Shown piece after piece: positions 18,420 to 27,440 of a stretch of DNA of 41,166 bases (the stretch's first letter is position 1; the number at the start of each line of letters is the position of its first letter). Source of the stretch: a virus (taxonomy: Duplodnaviria; Caudoviricetes); the IMG/VR virus record IMGVR_UViG_3300044580_000569, positions 1 through 41,166 of that record; one strand, 5' to 3'. Below the pieces are notes generated by a model that was given only the letters and a program-made list of their open reading frames with translations, was not told the DNA's origin and did no database searches. Made by a program: the position numbers and the translations under genes.

Positions 18420-19811
18420 TTAAGTTGTCGGTTCGAAGATGTCACGCGTATTTTCTTTGTTGATTTCATCCATGGTTTGCTCCGGGTTATCACTCCATCC
18501 AAGGTATTTAATTCCTTCTATCTGGCTGAGAATTTGCTTTCCTCCGGTTGCTGTCATGATGTTCTTAATAGTTTCACCTTCGTCGTTAATGCGGTACGGC
18601 GTGATTTCTTGCTCAACTTCCAGCTCATCGATTTCTTTTGCATGGCTTGGGAGGATCTTTTTTGCAAATTCTTTGATAACGTTAACCTCACGGTCGAGTA
18701 TCTCGAGCCAGGCTCCGGCTTCCTCTGTCACCTTCAGCTCAGCGTCTACAAACATCATTTTTCTTGCTTCTCCGGACATTGGTGTTGCTTTCATCTGATC
18801 AAAGCTCATATCCGGGATTTGAAGTTCTGTGAAGAATGCGCGGTATAAGTTTTCGATTTGGAGTTTCATGCTTTCAGTTGCCTGCTCCCATGTGATGTAC
18901 TCTGCTTTCGCTTTTTCCGGCCAGCGATAAACTGATACGTCGTCGCTATCATTCCCGGTCTTTGTTCCGAGGTCTTCATCTGAAAATATCCCAAATATTG
19001 GTTTACTGTTTTTTCTGATGTAGTTTCCGTTCCGGCTAAGTGTCCATTCAACTTCGTAGACATCGTTGCTGGTGTCTTCCCATATCGGTGTTTCCCGGTG
19101 CAAATAAACGGCTGGGATTTTACCGAGCTTATTTACTTCCCTTATTTCCTCACTCCATCCGCTTGTGGTGTCCTTCCATTTTATGTGTTCGTCTTTTGTG
19201 AATGTCTCGAAGTATTTTGTTTCCTCCGACCCTATTTTCCTTTTATATGCGAAACTTAGCGCGAGCAGGTCTCCGTCGTCATCAAAGTATGGGTATAGCT
19301 GGTCTCCCTGCATTGGGCTATAGTTCTTGCAGCGTATTTTTATATCGGCTTTTACTCCGTAGATGCTGTTTTTCGATTCCTGTGCATACCAGAGTGTGAC
19401 AAATTCACAGCCTGCAAAAAGTAAATTTCCCCTTTTAAAGTTGATTGTATTGATTCTGTTTCGTATCAGAATTTTTTCAATCAAACGGGCAGCTTCCTCC
19501 TGTTTTTTATTTCCTTTCTCGGTTTTGTAGATCCGTTTTACAGGCGTTCCGAACATGAGCTGCGTCATGCGCTTTACTGCAAGTTTTTGCAGCCCTATTC
19601 CTATCCTGGTGACTTTGATTGTCTTGTTTTTTGTGACCTTGTCTTTGTAGTTAGGGTCTGTAAATACAGGATGTTTCTTTGGATTGTACTCTTTTTCGAG
19701 TTCGCTCCATTCTGGGATAGTGACTGATTTTTTCTTTAATTCAGCAATCAGTTGTTCGATAGTGTTGAATGACTGATCAATTCCGGCGATATTTACTGCT
19801 GTTGTGTCCAT
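18420..19811 (-). CDS. Portal protein (SPP1 gp6-like)
   Basis: 463 aa after TerL. YITW and SGEARK motifs. Confidence 0.9.
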   Translation of the reverse strand: MDTTAVNIAGIDQSFNTIEQLIAELKKKSVTIPEWSELEKEYNPKKHPVFTDPNYKDKVTKNKTIKVTRIGIGLQKLAVKRMTQLMFGTPVKRIYKTEKGNKKQEEAARLIEKILIRNRINTINFKRGNLLFAGCEFVTLWYAQESKNSIYGVKADIKIRCKNYSPMQGDQLYPYFDDDGDLLALSFAYKRKIGSEETKYFETFTKDEHIKWKDTTSGWSEEIREVNKLGKIPAVYLHRETPIWEDTSNDVYEVEWTLSRNGNYIRKNSKPIFGIFSDEDLGTKTGNDSDDVSVYRWPEKAKAEYITWEQATESMKLQIENLYRAFFTELQIPDMSFDQMKATPMSGEARKMMFVDAELKVTEEAGAWLEILDREVNVIKEFAKKILPSHAKEIDELEVEQEITPYRINDEGETIKNIMTATGGKQILSQIEGIKYLGWSDNPEQTMDEINKENTRDIFEPTT

Positions 19812-19812
19812 T

Positions 19813-21306
19813 TTAGTATAAGTCTATTTCGAGGTTTGATGTATCTTGATTTTGCTTCTTTTTTGGTTTGATGTGGTAATCTACGGCATAGCACAAAAGG
19901 TCGACATATTCGTCGTGACTCCGGTTTGGAAATCCGCAAACCTCGACAACAAATTCTTCATTCCATTGATCTTCAACAAGGATAACCCTTCCACATTCTA
20001 CGCTTGGGGATGCCGCGTTTAGTCTGGTTTCTTTGTCATCTACCGGGGATGGGGTTCTTGTAACGTTGAGTTCTGTAATTTCTTTCAGCTGGTCTATGAC
20101 TGATATTCCATTTGCTTTCGGCTCTATTCTGATTGTGCTGCGGTGATCGTATCCGTTTTCTTTTACAAATTCCGGCATGAACCGGATTAAGTCTGGGAAT
20201 TTCATGTTTACCTTCCTGGCTTTGGTAATGTATAGGTCATTCCCTATTTTGCATGTGCCTATTATCCCTGTCGGGTCGTTGTTGGTATTCTGAGTGTATG
20301 CCGTGTCGGCAAAGAAAACAAAAGGCGCATTGTTTCGTATTTTCTCAAAGTCATATCTGGATATTGTTCTGAACCATTCCCTTTTGATGATGTTACCTCC
20401 TTCTTCTTGTGGCTCCTGGTCGTATTGACCTGCGTATGCTCTGGATCCGAGGTCTACAAGTGCTTCGTCCAGCACCTCCTGCGAAAGCCGGAGAGGGTCA
20501 AGGTACCCATCTATGTATCTTTCTTTCAAAAAAGCCGGTTTAACTGTATCCATCAACTTAGCCGGGAGGTTTATGTGGTGTATTTTTTCTCCTTTTTTTG
20601 CAAGCAGATAACCGGTCACGTCCTGCTCATGCAGTCGTTGCATGATGGTGATGGTTGGGGTGTTCTTTTTGTCGACCTTCCTGGTTGATAGTGTTTTGGT
20701 ATGTTCGTTTGCGGATGCTATCTCTACTGCGCTATAGCTTTGTCCTGGATTAAGAGGGTCGTCATTAATAATAACGTGGGCATGCTTCCCAGTGATCGTA
20801 CCTCCTGTTGATGTTGTATATCTGGCTCCAGTCTGCGTATTTTCGTAGCTCATTTTTTGCCGCTTGTCGCTTCTGATGACAACCTCCGGGAACAGCCGGC
20901 GGTATAAATCTGATGTGATTATATCGCGGCTTTTTGTGGTATGTTCAATCGAGAGGCTCATGCTATAACTGTTTGTAATTATTCGTATCGACGGGTCTTG
21001 CGTCCAGAGCCAGGCTGGGTACATGATGGTCGTAATTGTTGATTTCGTCGTCCCTGGTGGTATGTTAATAATAATATCATATGGTTTTGTCTCCCTTCTC
21101 ACAATGTATCCGGCCAGCTTTTGTAATTCTTCGCATAAATAAGGGATGTGCCAATTGTAGACCGGTTCCTCTTTGATGATAACCGGCCAGAATTCCTGAA
21201 CAAATGAAAACAGGGAGCGTTTGCACTTCTCCCTTTTGATTGCGGTTTCAAACCTTTCATCAGTCAGTAGTTCCTGTATCTTGCGTATCCGGCTTTTGCT
21301 GGTCAT
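19813..21306 (-). CDS. terL: Terminase large subunit
   Basis: Walker A PPGTTKS, Walker B IINDDP, IMQRLHE, nuclease DTA and HDEYVD. Confidence 0.95.
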   Translation of the reverse strand: MTSKSRIRKIQELLTDERFETAIKREKCKRSLFSFVQEFWPVIIKEEPVYNWHIPYLCEELQKLAGYIVRRETKPYDIIINIPPGTTKSTITTIMYPAWLWTQDPSIRIITNSYSMSLSIEHTTKSRDIITSDLYRRLFPEVVIRSDKRQKMSYENTQTGARYTTSTGGTITGKHAHVIINDDPLNPGQSYSAVEIASANEHTKTLSTRKVDKKNTPTITIMQRLHEQDVTGYLLAKKGEKIHHINLPAKLMDTVKPAFLKERYIDGYLDPLRLSQEVLDEALVDLGSRAYAGQYDQEPQEEGGNIIKREWFRTISRYDFEKIRNNAPFVFFADTAYTQNTNNDPTGIIGTCKIGNDLYITKARKVNMKFPDLIRFMPEFVKENGYDHRSTIRIEPKANGISVIDQLKEITELNVTRTPSPVDDKETRLNAASPSVECGRVILVEDQWNEEFVVEVCGFPNRSHDEYVDLLCYAVDYHIKPKKKQNQDTSNLEIDLY

Positions 21307-21754
21307 CCTTTATTTTTACTTTCGCTTTTTCTATCATTTGCGCCATCATTTCGAGTTCATCATCGGTGTATGCTGTAACGTCGTAGTCCTTCTTTACACT
21401 TATGTCTCCGTCGATATCTATTGGCTGTGAGGCGCGTCCGTAGAGTCGGTCGTATATTCGCTCTACCGAGTCAGTCTTTCCGTTCTTTGCGTCGCTCATA
21501 ATAGCTGAAATGTGGACGGCTATAAAACTCGGAGTCTCCGGGTCTTTGATAATGTCCTTTAGTTTCATCATCGGCATCTCCAGCAGCCATTGTTGAATTT
21601 TAAAGAAGTCCTCCTTCGATAGTTCTATTTTGAATTTCTCGCCAAGGATGGCAGCCACCTGTTTGTAAACAGATGGCTTCCTTCCACTATTCTTGGGCTG
21701 GTTATTCGATGTGAACCGGTTCCCGTTTTTATTTCCTATTCCAAATTTTGGCAT
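21260..21754 (-). CDS. Terminase small subunit (putative)
   Basis: F..NNQPKNSGRK N-terminus, ERIYDR.YGRA.Q motif, position before terL. Confidence 0.75.
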   Translation of the reverse strand: MPKFGIGNKNGNRFTSNNQPKNSGRKPSVYKQVAAILGEKFKIELSKEDFFKIQQWLLEMPMMKLKDIIKDPETPSFIAVHISAIMSDAKNGKTDSVERIYDRLYGRASQPIDIDGDISVKKDYDVTAYTDDELEMMAQMIEKAKVKIKDDQQKPDTQDTGTTD

Positions 21755-21755
21755 A

Positions 21756-21786
21756 TCGTTGATTTCTCGTTGATTTCTCGTTGATT
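21756..21786. repeat. 11-bp tandem repeat (TCGTTGATTTC x2.8)
   Basis: Direct reading. Fills the methyltransferase-TerS spacer. Confidence 0.9.
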
Positions 21787-23113
21787 ATCCTATTTTAGTT
21801 ATTATGCACTCCGGGTCGAGCTTGTACATCCTGTCGAGTATTACCTGGCAGTACTTAGGGTCGAGTTCCGAAGTGTAGCAGTTCCTTTTCAACTGGTGCG
21901 CTGCGGCCATCGTAGAGCCGGAACCTCCGAAAAGGTCAACAACCAAATCAAAAAACCGAGAGCTGTTGGTGATGTTCCGGCCTATCAGCTTCAGCGGCTT
22001 CATTGTCGGATGCTCGCCATTTCTCAGCAGCTTGTCTTCCCGGATGATTGTTGATGGTATCAAGTCCGAGAGCATCTCTTGGAGCATGTCTTTCATTTGC
22101 GCTTTGGTCATCTTCTCTATGTCGAGTTCGTCCTCTATGACCGTTGTCAGGCTCCTGTTGTTTACAAAATAATGAGCGGCTCCGTCCTTCCAGCCATAAC
22201 AAATTGGTTCGTGTCTCCACTGATAGTCTTGTCGGCCAAGTACCAGGCTTGATTTAACCCAGATGAGTTGCTGTTTGTCTGTAAGTCCGTTTGCTCTAAG
22301 CGATTCGATGAAGTTCACCGATTCGCGGCTTGCGTAGTAAACATAAAAAGCGGCTCCAGCCTTCATGATTCTGGCTGCCTGCGCAAATGCGTCAGTCAGA
22401 AATGCTTTGAATTTGGCATCGCTCATTTTATCATTTTCGATCTTGAGTTTCGCTGCTGTGCCTCCCTGATAATCGACATTGTATGGCGGGTCTGTAACGA
22501 GTAGGTCTGCGAGTTTTCCTCCCATTAATCTGTCGACCACTTCCGATTTCGTGCTGTCTCCACAGATGAGCCGGTGAGTAAGTCCCTGGGATTTAATTTC
22601 GAATAGGTCGCCTTCTACTATGTCTGTTTTGATTTCGTCCGGTATCTGGTAGTTGTCCTCCTCTGCTTCTTCCGGAACCTCTGGGGATATGTCCGCATCA
22701 ACTCCTGGGATATCTACACCCCATGTGTCGAGGTCTTCCAGGTTCCAATCATTGGCCAACATATCAAAGTCCCACTCTCCGAAGCCGGCGTTATCCTTGA
22801 TCGTGTATGCTTTCAGCTTTTCGATGCTGGTTCCTTCCGGGATGATCTTGCATGGAATTTCAGTGTGTCCGAGTTCTTTGAGTACTCGGTAGCGCATATT
22901 TCCTCCGATTGTGACATACTTTTTCCCGTGCTTAATTACGAGAATCTCTCGAAGCTGGAGCATCTCTGGGTCTTCCAGTATTGATTTTCTCAGCTTCTCA
23001 TACTTCTCGTCCCGGATTAAGCGTGGGTTCTTTGGTAGCCCTTCTATTTGTCCGTTGTTTGGTTCTATCTGATGGACGGGGATCATCCTTGTTATTACCT
23101 GTGTTTCGCTCAT
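21785..23113 (-). CDS. ParB-N domain fused to amino-DNA methyltransferase (beta class)
   Basis: KNPR..GGNMR ParB-like N-terminus. DPPY precedes HPTMKP and DLFGGSGS. Confidence 0.92.
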   Translation of the reverse strand: MSETQVITRMIPVHQIEPNNGQIEGLPKNPRLIRDEKYEKLRKSILEDPEMLQLREILVIKHGKKYVTIGGNMRYRVLKELGHTEIPCKIIPEGTSIEKLKAYTIKDNAGFGEWDFDMLANDWNLEDLDTWGVDIPGVDADISPEVPEEAEEDNYQIPDEIKTDIVEGDLFEIKSQGLTHRLICGDSTKSEVVDRLMGGKLADLLVTDPPYNVDYQGGTAAKLKIENDKMSDAKFKAFLTDAFAQAARIMKAGAAFYVYYASRESVNFIESLRANGLTDKQQLIWVKSSLVLGRQDYQWRHEPICYGWKDGAAHYFVNNRSLTTVIEDELDIEKMTKAQMKDMLQEMLSDLIPSTIIREDKLLRNGEHPTMKPLKLIGRNITNSSRFFDLVVDLFGGSGSTMAAAHQLKRNCYTSELDPKYCQVILDRMYKLDPECIITKIG

Positions 23114-23122
23114 ATCAATTTT

Positions 23123-23239
23123 TTAAAAAGGTAATCCTGACGGTTTTGCGTACTTAGGTGTTCTGGCTTTAGCCTTTGTTTTGTTCTTTATTTTGGTTTT
23201 TTCACCTTTACCCTTTTTTTCTGATCCTGTTTTAGCCAT
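23123..23239 (-). CDS. 38-aa very basic peptide (below ORF-track cutoff)
   Basis: Hand translation MAKTGSEKKGKGEKTKIKNKTKAKARTPKYAKPSGLPF, fills the gap between neighbours. Confidence 0.65.
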   Translation of the reverse strand: MAKTGSEKKGKGEKTKIKNKTKAKARTPKYAKPSGLPF

Positions 23240-23241
23240 GA

Positions 23242-24000
23242 TTAGTCGAGTTTTTTTGTGTTTATTAAATTCCACAAGGCTTTCACTCTGACAGCCTTGT
23301 TTATGGTTTTGTACTTGTCTATTATTTTGTCTTGAAAGTCTTCATAAAATCGGTATAACTCCTCGTTTTCTTCTATTGTGAATTGCTCCAGGTTCTGGCT
23401 GCTTCGAAGGTTGGCCGATCCATGCATGACGATGAACCTTCCACCCATCGTTTCAAATATGCATGTCTTTGTGTGGGTACCTGCTACTGCGAGTTGAAAC
23501 TTGTTATCTATGTCGAGTTCCTGGTAAATGTAAGGGACGAGGACGTTTCGCTCGTTTGAATAAAAATAGTGTGAAATTATCAGGCTCATTTCGTCCACAA
23601 ATCCTCCCTTTATCAAATTGGCCAAGCTATCGATGTTGTCCTGAGAAAGAGAGAGCGTTGTGATGATCATTCGCTTTATTTTCGCGTTGTGTTCCACAAT
23701 GTATGCTTCTATGAAGTCTCCGAAGATGAATGAACCGGGGACGACCACGTTTGCTCTCTCGTTTTTGTTTAACGTCAGTTGTCTGGCCAGCTTTGCTGCA
23801 TTCTCATACTTTATGTTGTAGCTCTTTATTGGCTGGTAGATTTTTGGCTTAGTGTACCTTGGTTCGATATTATCCTCCTCGCTGATAATATCGAATGCTT
23901 CAATGTCAAAATCCGGGAGTTCAAAGTCCGGCATTTCAAAAAGTCCGACGCTATCGAGATTGTCGTCTACTATTTCATTCTCCCTGTTTTCCATTTTCAT
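23242..24000 (-). CDS. Phospholipase D/nuclease (HKD-type) superfamily protein
   Basis: Single HTK....E......GSANL motif, acidic N-terminus. Confidence 0.75.
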   Translation of the reverse strand: MKMENRENEIVDDNLDSVGLFEMPDFELPDFDIEAFDIISEEDNIEPRYTKPKIYQPIKSYNIKYENAAKLARQLTLNKNERANVVVPGSFIFGDFIEAYIVEHNAKIKRMIITTLSLSQDNIDSLANLIKGGFVDEMSLIISHYFYSNERNVLVPYIYQELDIDNKFQLAVAGTHTKTCIFETMGGRFIVMHGSANLRSSQNLEQFTIEENEELYRFYEDFQDKIIDKYKTINKAVRVKALWNLINTKKLD

Positions 24001-24008
24001 GTTTTTTG

Positions 24009-24040
24009 CAAATTTAGTAATTTTCGAGTATAATATACTC
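24009..24040 (-). promoter_or_regulatory. Packaging operon promoter with palindromic site
   Basis: TAAATTTG (24016-24009) and GAGTATA-A-TATACTC (24026-24040). Confidence 0.65.
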
Positions 24041-24056
24041 ACTTTTAAATAAAAAA

Positions 24057-24497
24057 TTAAAATCCGAACACTAAGGCAGCGGCATCTCTCGCGTGGTTAC
24101 TGGTTTTCTTCGGCCATTTTGTTAATCTTACAAATTCGACCTGACTCATTTTTGTTGCTATATTTTTTGGTGGTACCATGTGAAATTCAACGCCTGCGTC
24201 CTTCAGGAAATCCTGCCATATCACACTGTCGCGCTTGATGCTTCCTGCACCCTGTAGTTTTTCCCTGCCGGTATTTCCGTACCACTTTCTTTGCCGCGCG
24301 TCTTCAAAATGCACCCGGACGTTTTCTTTTCCGTATTGTTTGATTAACTTGTTGACCTCGCTCATGGCCTTGTGGATTTTTAATGTCTCTATTGATAAAA
24401 AGCAGGACTGTGTTTTTCCTGCTTCGATGCGCTTATACCAGACGGCCATCCCGGTGTTCGTTCCCGGGTCTATTCCTATGTAAATTTGTTCTTTCAT
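24057..24497 (-). CDS. RuvC-like Holliday junction resolvase
   Basis: IGIDPG..TG, HFED and H.RDAA acidic catalytic pattern. Confidence 0.75.
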   Translation of the reverse strand: MKEQIYIGIDPGTNTGMAVWYKRIEAGKTQSCFLSIETLKIHKAMSEVNKLIKQYGKENVRVHFEDARQRKWYGNTGREKLQGAGSIKRDSVIWQDFLKDAGVEFHMVPPKNIATKMSQVEFVRLTKWPKKTSNHARDAAALVFGF

Positions 24498-24718
24498 TTT
24501 GTTTTTATTTTTTCAATTAATGATATCACGTAATCATATGCGATTAATTTTCCCCTTTGTATATTTTTACGGAGGCTGTCCGTGCTATTTCTTTCAGAGA
24601 TTGAATTAATGGTCATGTATGCCTTTTTCGCGAGCTGTTCGATTTCTTGTTTGAGATTTTCGACTTCCTTTCGGAGTGCCTCGAGTTGTTCCTGAAGTGT
24701 TTGTTCGTTTTTTTTCAT
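24494..24718 (-). CDS. Hypothetical coiled-coil protein
   Basis: 74 aa, tiles in operon. Confidence 0.65.
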   Translation of the reverse strand: MKKNEQTLQEQLEALRKEVENLKQEIEQLAKKAYMTINSISERNSTDSLRKNIQRGKLIAYDYVISLIEKIKTK

Positions 24719-24724
24719 ATCAGT

Positions 24725-25003
24725 TTATTCAATCATGGCCAGCAGCACTTCCTCTATCTTGTCGGCCTCCTCTCCGAGTTGCTCTGCGTTCTCTGGGTCA
24801 AATCGATTTATAATTGCTCGCAGCTCCTCCGCGTTTTTCTTGATGGCGTTCACCTTTTGTTTGTATTTGAATTTAAGGAGGCTATTTGCTCTCATCTTAG
24901 ATTCGATATCCTTGATTAATCCTTCCTGAACGATAGCAATTGCAAAGATGAAATTTGTTTTTATTGCAAGCTCTCGTTTTAGCTTTTCGTTTTTAATTTC
25001 CAT
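24725..25003 (-). CDS. Hypothetical protein
   Basis: 92 aa, tiles in operon. Confidence 0.7.
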   Translation of the reverse strand: MEIKNEKLKRELAIKTNFIFAIAIVQEGLIKDIESKMRANSLLKFKYKQKVNAIKKNAEELRAIINRFDPENAEQLGEEADKIEEVLLAMIE

Positions 25004-25015
25004 GTTTATGTTATT

Positions 25016-26311
25016 TCATGCTGTTTGTTTTTGCCTTGTCCGTTTGCGGATTTGCTGAATGTTTTTGTTTACTAAATCAATAATTCGATCGTGGTGTTCA
25101 GTTACAGTATTAAATTTACCACGGCATTGAAGTATTTTAAAATCCTTAAGTGATATTTCAACTGTTTCAACCGGTTCGTCTTTAATCCTTGCGCTGAGTA
25201 TCAATGAATCTTCTTTACTGAAGTAATTATTGGTGAATACGCAATGGTGAAGTTTGTCACCCTCTTCAACATATTCCTGAACACTTTCAAGAACTTTAAC
25301 GAGTATCAGTCCATCAGAAAAGTTGATCCCCATGAATTGTTCTTTCAACTTTTTAAATATTTCTTCCTGCTCGATTGCTCTTTGCTTTTTGATTTCCAGT
25401 TTTTCCTTTTCTTGAATAGCTCGCTTTTTATTCATTAGTCTGTCATGTTCTTTCTTCAAGTCCTTGGGACAAACGTAGTGAGCGTTGTGCAGATCCTTGC
25501 GGAAGTAATTCAGCAGATCGAGATAGTCTAACCACATCCCGGCATCATTAACCTTGTATTTATTCCTCATGCAGATTTTTATCGACGGCCAGTACCTCCT
25601 GATTATTCCACTGTCCCCGGATCTGATTTTAGATAATAGCGAATACTGTTTAGCTTTCAATAGCGTTTCAGCCTGTGGGTTCCTCGGGATGATTTCAACA
25701 GCTTCAAGAAATGTAAGCGTTTTAAGATTATGGTTGATGCCGTATCTCGTGAATTCAGGTTTAAACTCTGAACCTGGGTGATACTTATCTGGATATATTT
25801 CGTACTTGTTTTGGTTCCAGTAATGCCGTGGATTTTTATTCCTGATTTCAAGTTCACCATTCCAACAGTCGCAGTAACTATTCCATGTATGTGTTTTAGC
25901 GACAACTTCCCGTTTTTTTTCATTTAGGTACCAGTGCTGGAGAATTTCATGTATGAAGTATCTTGTTTGTTCTCCTGCTTTATGGTAGGATCTAATTTCA
26001 AAATTCCGTATAACTTGGAATTCACCAACTACTTGAGCGTAGGCTATAAATGCTACCTGAGTAAAAGTAGATTTTCTGCTTTCTTCAATCACCAGCTTTT
26101 GTCCGCAATGAGGACAAATTGCTCTTTTTCGATTAACTAACTCGGGTGAAAATCTCTCTCCACAATCCATGCAGATAACCCTACTTTTAGTAGCGTAACC
26201 GACATGTTTCAGCACAGAAATTTTCGCCCATGAAAGCATCTTATTATCGATGTATTGTAATTGTTTTGACAACTCGATAACCTGATATTGCATTTTTGTA
26301 CGTGGTCTCAT
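25016..26311 (-). CDS. PcfJ-domain protein
   Basis: N-terminal CxxC/CxxC, DLKKEHD, EEGDKLHHCV, QCRGKFN. Confidence 0.9.
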   Translation of the reverse strand: MRPRTKMQYQVIELSKQLQYIDNKMLSWAKISVLKHVGYATKSRVICMDCGERFSPELVNRKRAICPHCGQKLVIEESRKSTFTQVAFIAYAQVVGEFQVIRNFEIRSYHKAGEQTRYFIHEILQHWYLNEKKREVVAKTHTWNSYCDCWNGELEIRNKNPRHYWNQNKYEIYPDKYHPGSEFKPEFTRYGINHNLKTLTFLEAVEIIPRNPQAETLLKAKQYSLLSKIRSGDSGIIRRYWPSIKICMRNKYKVNDAGMWLDYLDLLNYFRKDLHNAHYVCPKDLKKEHDRLMNKKRAIQEKEKLEIKKQRAIEQEEIFKKLKEQFMGINFSDGLILVKVLESVQEYVEEGDKLHHCVFTNNYFSKEDSLILSARIKDEPVETVEISLKDFKILQCRGKFNTVTEHHDRIIDLVNKNIQQIRKRTRQKQTA

Positions 26312-26314
26312 GGC

Positions 26315-26731
26315 TTAATCAAAAAGTGAGGGTAGTTCAACAATTGCAGGTTTCTTTTCCTCTGCCTTTTTCGCCTTTTGAGCTTTGATTTTAGCCTGTT
26401 CCTCAGATACAAGCTTATCGATAGCTTCCTGTTTGGCAGCTTTCTTTTCGTCCTCTGTAAGCTCTACAACGTGGTTGACTACCACCCTGCAATTCACAGA
26501 ATTACCGACTTTGATATCTTCTTCATCATAGTAATGCACTGCCATTCCGTATATTTCTTCGTCTGCAAATCCGTTGCATCCGCTTTTCTGAACTTGATTG
26601 AGTATGTATGTACAGCAATCATCAATGTTCTTTTTTTCGTTCGCGTATTTTTCTGTAAACAGAGCATCGTTCTCGGCTCGTTTATCGAGATAGGATTTAA
26701 TAACTTCTTTAAATGTCTGTGTTGTTTTCAT
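26315..26731 (-). CDS. PcfK-like / AcrIIA9-family protein
   Basis: FKEVIKSYL..RA..D.LF...KNIDDCCTYIL.QVQKSGCNGFADEEIYGMAVHYYDE, adjacent to PcfJ. Confidence 0.85.
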   Translation of the reverse strand: MKTTQTFKEVIKSYLDKRAENDALFTEKYANEKKNIDDCCTYILNQVQKSGCNGFADEEIYGMAVHYYDEEDIKVGNSVNCRVVVNHVVELTEDEKKAAKQEAIDKLVSEEQAKIKAQKAKKAEEKKPAIVELPSLFD

Positions 26732-26772
26732 TGTTGTCTGTTTTATGGGTCTCCCCTGGTTTGTTTCTGAAT

Positions 26773-26804
26773 TAAAGATAATGCTTTCTATTCAATATAC
26801 CAAA
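26773..26804 (-). promoter_or_regulatory. Promoter for pcfK-pcfJ
   Basis: TTTG-N20-TATCTTTA, near-identical to 13915-13946. Confidence 0.6.
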
Positions 26805-26850
26805 CATAAACAGTTAAATATCAGTTAATTAAAGTCAAACAAAAAACTAT

Positions 26851-26903
26851 CCGCTAACACTTCATACCGGCAACTTCGCAGCCCGGTATTTAGGAGTTAG
26901 CGG
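26851..26903. other. 53-nt imperfect hairpin
   Basis: CCGCTAAC/GTTAGCGG outer stem and ATACCGG/CCGGTAT inner stem. Confidence 0.7.
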
Positions 26904-26909
26904 CAATTT

Positions 26910-27098
26910 TTAAACTGCAGGCTCATTTGATGTCTCCTCTTTTTTTGATTCGGTGATGAAGTACTTGGTTCCAGCTCCACAGCAGTTTTTTGCCTTTTTC
27001 CCACTTCCGCACTGGCATGGCTGGTTCCGGTTGACTTTCTTTGCTTTTATTGGGAGGCCGTTCCCCTTGTAAATTTCGACCATTCTTGTGCTGTTCAT
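26910..27098 (-). CDS. SEC-C metal-binding motif protein
   Basis: [17 protein letters not shown]. Confidence 0.85.
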   Translation of the reverse strand: MNSTRMVEIYKGNGLPIKAKKVNRNQPCQCGSGKKAKNCCGAGTKYFITESKKEETSNEPAV

Positions 27099-27108
27099 TT
27101 ATTTGATT

Positions 27109-27423
27109 TTAAAATTGTGATTTTAATGGTACCCTTGTGAGGAGTTCCTGTGTGCATTCTCCGTTTAAATAATCATAAGATATGGCGGCTATTGCGCGAC
27201 CCTGGACTGTTGTTAATCCATCGTAGTTTAATTTTTTTGTTTTCAGGACTTCTATCGCTTTTGTGTATCCTTCTTTAACGGCGTGATTTTTAGCCATATT
27301 TATTCCTTTTTCCTCCAGTCGTTTTTCGATTAAACGGATTGTTTCTTCGATCTGGTCTTCTGTTGGTTTTGGTAGATCTGTTTTTAATAATTTGGCTATT
27401 TCTTCATAACTTTTTTTCTTCAT
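27109..27423 (-). CDS. Hypothetical protein
   Basis: 104 aa, tiles in operon. Confidence 0.7.
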   Translation of the reverse strand: MKKKSYEEIAKLLKTDLPKPTEDQIEETIRLIEKRLEEKGINMAKNHAVKEGYTKAIEVLKTKKLNYDGLTTVQGRAIAAISYDYLNGECTQELLTRVPLKSQF

Positions 27424-27440
27424 AATTTTTCATTTGTCGA

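Noticed and set aside
18126-18848. 240-aa + strand ORF and other antisense ORFs across structural and replication genes
   Set aside because: Antisense to confident genes, with Ser/Phe-rich composition typical of shadow frames
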